DNA from: Sarea resinae | Lineage: Eukaryota | Assembly: GCA_026026165.1 (NCBI GenBank) | Contig: JAPEUD010000067.1 | Span: 117,533-137,532, forward strand | Reading direction: 5' to 3' | Length of the DNA: 20,000 nt | Program-made: the position numbers and the translations under genes | The notes under the pieces: generated by a model | The model's database searches: none | Told to the model about the DNA's origin: nothing | Seen by the model: only the letters and a program-made list of their open reading frames with translations | Shown here: positions 9,801 through 17,930 of the stretch, one piece after another | Position numbering within the stretch: position 1 is the stretch's first letter | How the letters are laid out: each line of letters starts with the position of its first letter

Positions 9801-12800
9801 AATATAACGCCGAAGGTTGTTTCATGGCCAACCCAGATACAGAAAGTATGGCCGCTATTCCTGCGGGACACAAACGCCCATCTCGGAAGCCTAACTGGGC
9901 AAAACGCACAGTAAAGGCACTGCTTACTGCTGCCGTGATGCATGGAACGACCCAGCCGAACCGTGAGACCACCCTCACAAATGGAATTACCATCTACGGG
10001 GACCGCCAAGCCTCTAACGCAATCGGCGAAGCTGCCATGGAAAACCCGGACTTATGGATTGACAATGGGAATACTGTCGACATTCCAGAAGATCAATGGA
10101 TGTCCGTTCCCCTAACGGACAACTGGAAAGAAACCTACAAGCCACAAGCAAAGGTCTACCCGCTTGGCACGACTGACAGAGAGGTCGTGGACCGAGAATT
10201 TGATAAACTACACGACCAAGGCCGTATGAATTGGGCGACCGAGGAAACACCGTTCAGTTTCCCTTGTTTCGTTGTCTGGAGAGACGTCGGGAACGGTACC
10301 CGTAAAGGACGAGTAGTAGTCGACATCAGAGCATTGAACAAGATTACAATTCCTGATGTCTATCCAATGCCCGCTCAAACCGATATCATATCCGCAGTCC
10401 AAGGCGCCGGATTCATATCCACAGTGGATTGCTCATCCTTTTTCTACCAGTGGCGCGTCCGGAAGAACCATCGTCATCGCCTTGCAGTGGTGTCCCACCG
10501 CGGGCAAGAGATCTTTAACGTGGCCGTTATGGGTTTCAAGAACTCGCCTGCCTACGTTCAACGGAGAATCGACCAAATATTGCGCCCACTCAAACAATTC
10601 TCCAGAGCATACGTCGATGATATAGTGATATTTTCGAAATCACTTGACGATCACCTTCAGCACTTAAGGACCGTATTCAATACACTCACTCGAATGGGAG
10701 TATGCCTTAAGCCTACTAAATCCTTCCTCGGCTACCCATCGGTTCAGCTACTAGGCCAAAAGGTAGACGCGTTTGGACTTACCACGGCCGCAGAGAAACT
10801 GAAGGCGATATCCGACGTGACTTTCCCAGAGAATCTCCGAGGACTAGAGAGATATCTAGGAATGACTGGATGGTTACGGCAATATATCCCATACTACGCA
10901 GCAGCATCAGAGCCTTTACAGCAGCGAAAAACACTTCTCACTAGAGGAATATCCACTGGAAAATCCCACACTAAAAGGAAATTCGAAGCAATCAAGACCA
11001 ATCTGGCGCTACCGACTCCCAAGGAAATTACGTCATTCGATCTGCTCCAATCCTTATTCTCGCGACCCTCTATTCTAACCCACTTCGACATATGCAGGCG
11101 ACTGTACGTTGACCCAGATACATCGAAAGAAAGAGGAATCGGAGTCATGATATACCACGCCACAGAGGACGCAGCGGATCCACCCAGGAAAGACCAAGTG
11201 CAACCTATCATGTTCCTTAGCCGCCTCCTCACAAAGGCCGAGATGAACTATTGGCCTACCGAAATGGAAGTCGCCGGACTGGTATGGACTATGAAGAAAA
11301 TTCGTCATATGGTTGAATCATCGAAACAACCAACTATCGTTTATACGGACCATGCAGCTACGCTAGGGATCTGTAAACAAACTAGCCTAAGCACCTCATC
11401 GACCGACAAGCTGAATCTCAGGCTGATAAGGGCCTCCCAGTATCTTCAAAGATTCTCGCTCGACGTCAGACATAAGCCAGGGAGAGCACACATCGTGCCA
11501 GACGCCTTATCGCGCCTATCAACGCTGGACAGCTCTCCGCCTGACCAGCCCGGAGTACTGGACACGCTGTACACCTACCATTCCGAACTAGTTGAAATAA
11601 GCCCACAATTCCGAGGACGGCTCATCCAGGGTTATATCGATGACCCCCGTTGGCAGTGGATCAAGCAGATGATCCTCGATAACGACGCACAGGACGATAA
11701 TGCCACGGAACTACCCTATAAGATAATCGAGGATCTGATGTATTACATCAACCCAGACGGGCACCAGAAGTTAGGAATTCCACAAGCTATGATACAGGAA
11801 GTGTTCAAGCTAGCGCACGACGAAGGAGGGCATCCCGGGTACGATCGTACCCATGAGCGCGTCTCACAAGGACTCTACATCCACAAACTTGGGAAACACC
11901 TTCGGGAATACCTTCGCCACTGCCCTCAATGCCAGCTTAACATGACTCCTCGGCACCGTCCCTATGGTTCTATGCAACCTATAATCAAACCAGCTATTCC
12001 ATTCTACACCATAACGATCGATTTCATCCTGGCATTACCAAGGTCCGACCCGGATCACTTCGACTGCATTATGTCGGTAACCGACAAATTTTCTAAACGC
12101 GTCACCTTTATACCCGGAATGGCCAATCATAAAGCCAAGGACTGGGCCGCTTTGATGTTGGACCGACTAAGCATAGCGGACTGGGGCCTACCAAAGATAA
12201 TCATCTCCGATCGAGACCCTAAGTTCCTCAGTGAATTATGGAAAGCACTGTTCAAATTGCTGAAAGTGGAGCTCCTATACTCCACCGCGTATCACCCTCA
12301 AACCGACGGACAGTCTGAGCGCACAAATCAGACCGCAGAGATAGCCCTCCGATACTACATAGGAGCACTACATGACTCTAAAGGATGGCCCACAGTACTT
12401 CCTATGATGCAGGCTAGACTAAATAATTCGGTCAACTCTACCGGAGTCTCCGCGAACGAGATAAATTACGGATTCAGACTGACAGAACCAGTGGACTTTC
12501 TGTCAAGAAACCCACTCCCAGAAGCACCAGATAATCTCAAAGACTTCGCTAACCGTTACCGGCCCGCACGAATCGAAGCCGAGGAGGCTATCTCCCTGGG
12601 GAGCATGCACGCTAAAATGCACTACGATAGGCGACATGCCGCCATGTTTCTTAAGGCAGGCGATTATGCCAATCTGCGGTTACACCGTGGATATTCCGTA
12701 CCAGGAATAAGGAACAGAAAAATCTCGCAGCAGTTTGTAGGACCATTACGCATTAAAAGAAAGGTAGGCCGCCTAGCTTACGAGCTCGACATACCACCAG

Positions 12801-13147
12801 GATGGAATATTCATCCAGTTTTCTCCATTGCCCACATAGAACCGGCGTCTGCACCGCAGGAAGACCCATTCCAACGTCGTCAAGAGGAACACCCTCCGGA
12901 GGTCGAGGTAGAAAGTGGAGAAAGTCTACACTATGAGGTAGAAAAGGTACTCGATAAAAGGGTCATACGGCGCGGCCGCGGAAGAACCGAGAAAACAGAA
13001 TACCTGATAACCTGGAAAGGCTGGGGCCCCGAATATGACAGATGGTATGATAGAGAGGATCTCCAAGACTGCGAAGAACTGCTTGAAGATTATGAGCGCG
13101 AGGTCCAAGGTCTTCCACCTATCAATCGGGACGTAAGCCCTAAATGA
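6863..13147 (+). CDS. Gag-Pol polyprotein (2094 aa, single frame): Gag, Zn finger, aspartic protease, RT, RNase H, integrase, chromodomain
   Basis: Gag-like WKAAEIGLFYP. Protease CLDSGC (DSG at 9182-9190). RT with VDIRALN, FYQWRV, MGFKNSPA and YVDD (10610-10621). RNase H DPDTS/TEME/YTDH/PDALSR (from ~11111). Integrase HHCC (11816-11932) and D(12020)-D(12209)-35-E(12317). GPY/F-like FVGPL and a C-terminal chromodomain. An alternative start ATG lies at 7433. Confidence 0.97.
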   Translation: MARDSALQPDQVLQLADQLLALQRHHPDLLPPETSILLDQLSTHRRPNTRPTSRPPSSGNSNGESDGFPGIWTTDSARRNTAIANFENGAFQLQQSRRTGGLRHSLVPPSVGSIAGPSIGHSTTSPDEPSNSEDIPTDTGSSSPEQSAAASGVTEDVIDPARITPARPNDNAHTRLEPPRRDRAQSNEPIMSQLSPQALEQIQAMITAAVRAGGNHNGPPGPPGPPGPPGEPGEPGEPGENRYTGQWKAAEIGLFYPNLPGGDTDAHTDVVDKDNKTFYRDVYAFTNRVRVAALTRDPTKIRQNLDSCLRGEAEQWWNTELSEVTRLGLVAHPNGVEEWCKALEKRFKPTPSASWNKYQNTRYTVEDARSHRSLGEYVSTLVAAAKGCGQGDSEFGLVTQAWMHLAQPLRKYIDEPTEDTTLEGFAEILRRKQTNWFDEFRRQPAQPTGRQGNNNRSQQQQSNLQSQSNAQFNPPQYNNAYNFRNQGYQPNWQQSYRSPWQQTPWQNRPSWRPGSARGRGQLPFRPQPRQITSGGERPSGSNNNSNTRGNWNNQSNSNRGNWNNQSQPWRQGGFPRQPGAAYHGDTEEGPQNETTSPEGIPDEQANPGNDHDAEAYQAWEDSFYQGYAYAHWQNQEQPEETVNNANQEHDRDGDNNGQSNDEEVDAHHATFHVASTTEATCRHCLQTFPSRTKMFKHLRNDCSKTKNIQNAEVLNADIRNTEARTADTEPSDITILASDASDLKGDGYGFRGYQYVTAKGGLTVEKTNHDMCLDSGCTMSLIDREFVKRHAPTSTTVERMASPIMVRGIGSGTHKSDEYVTMSVYFPGTKPDNNRLIAKITREFHIVDHLKANVLLGIDVLAPEHIDISVWKKRATIFSCGGIEIPLTVTTKDKPIDRVVKAAQRLTIPARAKRAIPIVYRKNLPKDRDLLFEPKGKMLPSDISIYAHIVDSNVCEIHVRNDSGRSITIPKNTKLGNIIEYNAEGCFMANPDTESMAAIPAGHKRPSRKPNWAKRTVKALLTAAVMHGTTQPNRETTLTNGITIYGDRQASNAIGEAAMENPDLWIDNGNTVDIPEDQWMSVPLTDNWKETYKPQAKVYPLGTTDREVVDREFDKLHDQGRMNWATEETPFSFPCFVVWRDVGNGTRKGRVVVDIRALNKITIPDVYPMPAQTDIISAVQGAGFISTVDCSSFFYQWRVRKNHRHRLAVVSHRGQEIFNVAVMGFKNSPAYVQRRIDQILRPLKQFSRAYVDDIVIFSKSLDDHLQHLRTVFNTLTRMGVCLKPTKSFLGYPSVQLLGQKVDAFGLTTAAEKLKAISDVTFPENLRGLERYLGMTGWLRQYIPYYAAASEPLQQRKTLLTRGISTGKSHTKRKFEAIKTNLALPTPKEITSFDLLQSLFSRPSILTHFDICRRLYVDPDTSKERGIGVMIYHATEDAADPPRKDQVQPIMFLSRLLTKAEMNYWPTEMEVAGLVWTMKKIRHMVESSKQPTIVYTDHAATLGICKQTSLSTSSTDKLNLRLIRASQYLQRFSLDVRHKPGRAHIVPDALSRLSTLDSSPPDQPGVLDTLYTYHSELVEISPQFRGRLIQGYIDDPRWQWIKQMILDNDAQDDNATELPYKIIEDLMYYINPDGHQKLGIPQAMIQEVFKLAHDEGGHPGYDRTHERVSQGLYIHKLGKHLREYLRHCPQCQLNMTPRHRPYGSMQPIIKPAIPFYTITIDFILALPRSDPDHFDCIMSVTDKFSKRVTFIPGMANHKAKDWAALMLDRLSIADWGLPKIIISDRDPKFLSELWKALFKLLKVELLYSTAYHPQTDGQSERTNQTAEIALRYYIGALHDSKGWPTVLPMMQARLNNSVNSTGVSANEINYGFRLTEPVDFLSRNPLPEAPDNLKDFANRYRPARIEAEEAISLGSMHAKMHYDRRHAAMFLKAGDYANLRLHRGYSVPGIRNRKISQQFVGPLRIKRKVGRLAYELDIPPGWNIHPVFSIAHIEPASAPQEDPFQRRQEEHPPEVEVESGESLHYEVEKVLDKRVIRRGRGRTEKTEYLITWKGWGPEYDRWYDREDLQDCEELLEDYEREVQGLPPINRDVSPK
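7514..7585 (+). repeat. Collagen-like Gly-X-Y repeat in Gag N-terminal region
   Basis: (GPP)4(GEP)3GEN = 8 Gly-X-Y triplets. The DNA contains a GGAGAACCC 9-mer repeated three times. Confidence 0.9.
12932..13097 (+). other. Chromodomain at integrase C-terminus
   Basis: YEVEKVLDKR...EYLITWKGWGPEYDRWYDREDL...ELLEDYE. The aromatic-cage positions (Y of YEVE; W and W of WKGW) are all aromatic. Confidence 0.92.
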
Positions 13148-13412
13148 AGAACGCGAGCACCACGGATTCACCAAGTATTGATATCCAAGGCTCGAAACAT
13201 CAATAACATTCACAATTCGCTTCACCGGCATTAATAGGACTACTTGAGATGGCGTCGCTCAACTCACTCTACTACCATCTCACCTCACTTACTCAACTCC
13301 CAACATCTAATTCGCTTCGGATTCCACCCAACTTTCGACATCTCACCTCATTCAACTTACTCAGTTCTTTGCTCAGCACTAGCTTATCGTGTTCGCCGTT
13401 GCTACCGGCAAG

Positions 13413-14720
13413 ATGCCTCAAACCGCGGGAGGAGCTCACATTATGGAGCCCCTAATCGAAAACATGGTTTCGTACGAAGCCGAGTTGAAGAAACCCGAGT
13501 GGGATGGCATACACGGCCGCCTGATCAAGGTATTACCACAGCAGAACCATATCGCCGTGCTCAAGAAGCACAGCTTCAAGATTGATGACGAGCCGCCTGA
13601 TGAGCCAGTCAAGGATACTATCACATCTGATATTTGGACAAAGACTTTTGCCGGAATGACCAAGGATGAATTGATTGCCAGAACTCTCAAAACCAAAAAG
13701 ATCATCAGGGCAGGCAGAAAAGTTTACCTTCGCATCGTGGCTGGTTCAGAATCAAAAACATATGACTTAATCGACTCTACCGGGACCCACGTGGCGAAAA
13801 CCAACATCCTGTGGCATGGCCGTTTCGACAATGAGCGGTATCGCCAGGGGATTGCCGCCCAGAAAATTCGCGAATACCAAGCCGAGGTCTCCAGCATTGA
13901 GCGAAAGTACAACGATGCCGTAACGGAGTGGCAAATCGAACAGAAACGGTGGGAGGAAAAACTAGTCCTACAACTTTGGGATGAGAACGAGAGACGCAAG
14001 GCCAATAATCAGGAACCCGTCGCCTTATTTCCTCCATACGTCACCTCTCGAGACCAATTGGGCGACTTCCCCATGGAAATTCCGGAGCCGTATTCGAAGA
14101 TACCAATCTGGAAAGCCGCTAACTACTGCGCCGATTGTCAAAAACCGATGCCTAATTACTGTGATGGCTGCCAGAGACAACGTGACCTCGACATTGCACG
14201 CGAAGACCAGGACGACCCCCCGGCCGATCCCCCTCAGGACGATAACAACGATCTTTTCCTACCTCCGGCTGATGACGCCCCAGACCCTGACGTCCAGATG
14301 GGAAACTCAGACGCGGAAACCATTGCTAGGCGCGAACATCATCGCCACAGCAACTCTGAGGACGAAGCGTGTCGCCCACCAAACGGAGAGATGAGTTGCC
14401 TACCCAACGGTTTTCAACCTGGGAAATCGCTTCCAACCCGTGGAATCACCGTGCAAAGTTCATCCACACTCAGCTCCCCTGACACTTGGTACTCTGCCAG
14501 GGCCGACGGAATTCTCTCAATCTCAGAGATCTCTACGAACGACATGCCAACTACCTTTTCATACGAAGCTGAAGAGGATAGGGAGAGACGCGTCGACTCC
14601 TTCGTGTTCGTAGCCGCCGATCCTGCAGAGCGTGAAAGAACCCGCGCGTTCCTAGAGGAGAGGCTTGCCAGCCAGCGATCCCGTTTCAGTGCTTTCATGA
14701 CACTAGTCCGTGGACCCTGA
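13413..14720 (+). CDS. Additional ORF of unknown function in the env position (435 aa from first ATG)
   Basis: Open 13389-14720 with the first ATG at 13413 and an in-frame TAG upstream at 13380. It lies entirely between the pol stop and the 3' LTR. It has a charged, probably coiled-coil segment (~13860-14000), a CxxC-x7-CxxC motif (14127-14171) and an acidic Pro/Asp tract. No signal peptide or TM segment is visible. Confidence 0.8.
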   Translation: MPQTAGGAHIMEPLIENMVSYEAELKKPEWDGIHGRLIKVLPQQNHIAVLKKHSFKIDDEPPDEPVKDTITSDIWTKTFAGMTKDELIARTLKTKKIIRAGRKVYLRIVAGSESKTYDLIDSTGTHVAKTNILWHGRFDNERYRQGIAAQKIREYQAEVSSIERKYNDAVTEWQIEQKRWEEKLVLQLWDENERRKANNQEPVALFPPYVTSRDQLGDFPMEIPEPYSKIPIWKAANYCADCQKPMPNYCDGCQRQRDLDIAREDQDDPPADPPQDDNNDLFLPPADDAPDPDVQMGNSDAETIARREHHRHSNSEDEACRPPNGEMSCLPNGFQPGKSLPTRGITVQSSSTLSSPDTWYSARADGILSISEISTNDMPTTFSYEAEEDRERRVDSFVFVAADPAERERTRAFLEERLASQRSRFSAFMTLVRGP

Positions 14721-14770
14721 TCATGGAAGATCTCTGGTCGGCCCATCTATGTCCGCCTCTCACGCGTTCG

Positions 14771-14851
14771 AGCGTTCCGACATATCCCTTCCCGTTTTCG
14801 TTTGTTTCTCCAGCGTTCCGGCACAACCCCCTACCCGTTTTCATTTCTCCA
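14771..14851 (+). repeat. Imperfect ~40-bp tandem duplication in the 3' untranslated region
   Basis: AGCGTTCCG...CCCGTTTTC...TTTCTCC occurs at 14771-14811 and again at 14812-14850. Confidence 0.7.
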
Positions 14852-14901
14852 TCGTGTATCTACGCTTTCTCTGCGAGGGCGCAGAGCTTTTCTTTCCTAT
14901 T

Positions 14902-14910
14902 GCGGGCAGA
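14902..14910 (+). promoter_or_regulatory. Weak candidate polypurine tract (GCGGGCAGA)
   Basis: Assigned by position only, immediately 5' of the 3' LTR. It is 7/9 purines and is preceded by a pyrimidine-rich run. Confidence 0.3.
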
Positions 14911-15054
14911 TGTTATCGGCACTGGTGCATCCATGGTGGTACCAGGCCCCTGTAGCTTAGCGAGCCAGCATATTAGCGCTTGCAGGCTCTTAGCAGTTTA
15001 GAAACTAATCCACTTATCATCATCATACGGACCGTCCATGGTCAGCCCGTGCCA
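14911..15054 (+). repeat. 3' LTR (144 bp)
   Basis: Identical to 6537-6680 and followed by the TSD GTCTT at 15055-15059. Confidence 0.97.
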
Positions 15055-17930
15055 GTCTTATAATAGAGTATTAACTGTAGTATATCTAGCATTTTAATAT
15101 TAAATAAAGAGGTAGAGCAAGAATAGTAGAGTAACACTGCATATAAAATCTGCATTTTAGCTAATAGCTGCTATATACATGTAACATATATTAGAGGCAC
15201 TACCTTATATTATACAATAGATAAACAGTGTACTAGGTAGTTAGGTAGGTAAGGTACTATAGTAGATATAGTACCTACCTAGGTATATCTTAGACTATAA
15301 TGTAGTAGGTAGTTACAGTCTACTTAGATTTATATAGCTACTGTATAATAGTATACTAAGAGATATACAAATATACTTAAGAGTACCTTACTATAATATT
15401 GTGCTATAGTAGTCCTTAATAATAGACTAGAGTATGTAGTACTATATAGAAGCAGATTAATAACTAATACAATTAGTAGATTATCTTATTTATATACAAA
15501 TTAAGTCTAGTTTATTACTAAATTTATCTGTGTCTTTAGCTAAAGCAGGTCTTTAAATCACTTAAACACTGATTAGAGTAGCTAACCTACTATACAAAGC
15601 TAATCAGATATTTAGACTAGTGTATAGTGTTATCTATTAGTTAACTTTTATTATATAGATAATATAATAGACTTAAATTAAACACTAATATATAGTTTAT
15701 ATAATAGAACGTTATATAACTACCTCTAAAGAAGGTGTAGTAGATAATTAGGTTTCTTTACTAAGGACTAGAGAAAGCTTCTGCTAAACGCCTACTATCT
15801 TACTATAGTTACATGTTATAGAGATACTTTTATTATCACACTATACACACTTATTATAATTAATTAAACTATCTAATGCATAATAATAAGAGCGCTTTTT
15901 TAGTCCTTCTAGTATACTGTATTTATCTATGTATATAATCTTATTAGTAAGGCAGATAGGAATTTTATTTGATATATAACAACAGTTATCTCTTAGTAAC
16001 ATCTAATAGACATATATAGTATATCTACTTACTACTACTTAGGTAGCAAGATAATAGCCTCTTCTAAGGCAGACTACTTTTGCTTGTATATTTAGAGCTA
16101 GTAATAAGAGGTACTTAGTAGGATAGAAGTCCTACATTATTAGTTTAGGTCTAATCCTATAATTAAGTGATATACTATCTGCTTACTCTTCTTTTAAATT
16201 GTAAATTTCTGCAATCTATCTATTTATTAGGTTTTATACAGATATATATCTCTTTAGAGATGCTAGATAATAACAATTAGTAGATAATTATCTCTTAGGT
16301 AAAGATAGTCTAGTTATCTAGACATATGTTATTAAATAGTTATAGTGTTATGTTATAAGCTACACTTATAATTTTTAAACGTATAGTTTCTTCTAGAAAA
16401 AGTTTAAAGGCAGACTCTAGCTTACTATTATATTTAATCTAAAACGTCTAGTAGTTAATATCTAAGTCTATCTAAACTATCTTATAGCTAGGTATATAGC
16501 GTCTAATAACTTATTAGATAGATTCTATTAAAGAGAATAGAAGAGAGTGTATCTAAGATTTAAAGGTGTTCTTTCTATAGTATATATCTTAGATAATATA
16601 ACGTTTAACTATCTAGTATATAAGGATATAGATATTAAATAGGTATTAGATATTACTTACTAGTTAGAGTCTTTATACTAGAAGTTAATATTTCTACTGC
16701 GCTAGTAGATAGTAGTGTACTACTATTATCTTTACCTTCTCTATTATTATTATTAGTTGTGTCACTATCTGCTATAAGAGGACTATATTCTCTCTTCTCT
16801 TAATCTCGCTCCTTTTTACAACAATCTTAGATAATAATGTATAAGCATTCCTAATAGTCTGCCTATTCTTAAGGTTGTTATTTAAAGTAATTTGCTAGGG
16901 CTAAAAGAAAGTCTACCTGCTAGATTATATCTCTAATTAAATTATTAACTTGTTTAGCCTCTACTTAGATAGTGTTATATATCTTATACTAACTTATAAT
17001 GCGTTTTATATAATGTTGTAATACTGCCTTGCTTTTATTTATTAGATTAAGAGTATAATATGCGTCTAATAGCTAATAATAAGATAATTGTTTAGATTGC
17101 CTAGATAGTTAGTTTAAAGGACTAGAGAGTAGATAATAAAGGCTACTAGTAGTTAGCTAACAAGGTGCTTTTCTCTACTAAGTCTCTCTAGTTAGTAAGG
17201 TGCTAATCTTATAGAATTAGGTGTACTATATAGGTCTGCTAGAGTTTATGCTTTTTCTAGGTAAGAGTAATATAATAATTATGCTTAGGAAGTCCTATCT
17301 TAATATAAGCTTAATATAAAGGTGTGTGTTAATTAACATGTGTGTAGAAATAGAAATCACTGCCTTATCTACCTATATTAGTATAAACATATAGGTTGCC
17401 TATATACTAACACTAATATCACCTAACTAACAACTTAGTCACTCTTTAGACTTTTAAACTCGCCTCTATAAATATAATGTGTAAAGCAATTACCTATACT
17501 ATTATATGTATAGCAACAACTACTAGAGGATATTGCAATGTTAAAATGCTATATATATAGTTATAATACAACACACTCTCTATAGTTAACTTTATATATA
17601 AGACGCTACAATCTACTGTTATTTAAGAAACGCAACAGACACTAAAGCAAAACAGTAGATATTAGCTCTATAATTAACAACGACACTAATAGCTACACTA
17701 ACTGCAATATTCTAGCAGATATCTATAGTAAGACAGATATTAACTACGCTAAAGATTAACTAGATTATAATAGTAGTTAGTTGTTAGATAGAGTAGCTTA
17801 TAAGACTACATTATATATATAATTACTAGTAAAGCTTATAGCTATCTAGTTAATAGCTTATCTATTAGCAGGCAAACTATATAAATTGCCTAATTAATTA
17901 AATAAAAGACATAATATATACCTTAGTTAA

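Larger units (their letters stand above)
6537..15054 (+). mobile_element. Intact Ty3/Gypsy LTR retrotransposon (chromovirus), 8518 bp, with an additional 3' ORF
   Basis: Two identical TG...CA LTRs, a 5-bp TSD and a PBS. Gag-PR-RT-RH-IN-chromodomain order (Ty3/Gypsy) with uninterrupted ORFs and no RIP signature. Confidence 0.98.

Noticed and set aside
11111..11125. RNase H first motif reads DPDTS rather than the usual DAS, a possible inactivation
   Set aside because: The catalytic Asp and the downstream E, D and D residues are present. A defect cannot be called without sister copies.
6606..14037. Many short ORFs overlapping gag-pol and the extra ORF on both strands
   Set aside because: They are shadow frames of long GC-balanced ORFs, often with non-ATG starts and no recognisable motifs.
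13389..14720. Calling the extra ORF an env gene
   Set aside because: No signal peptide, fusion peptide or transmembrane anchor is visible, and the protein is hydrophilic throughout.
14710..15001. 81-aa and 92-aa ORFs running into the 3' LTR
   Set aside because: They are short, span the pyrimidine-rich UTR and the LTR, and carry no motifs; probably chance.
15780..16230. Hints of BAH/PHD-like residues (WIAEI, scattered Cys) on the minus strand
   Set aside because: Too few matching positions and no consistent spacing, so a domain call cannot be supported.
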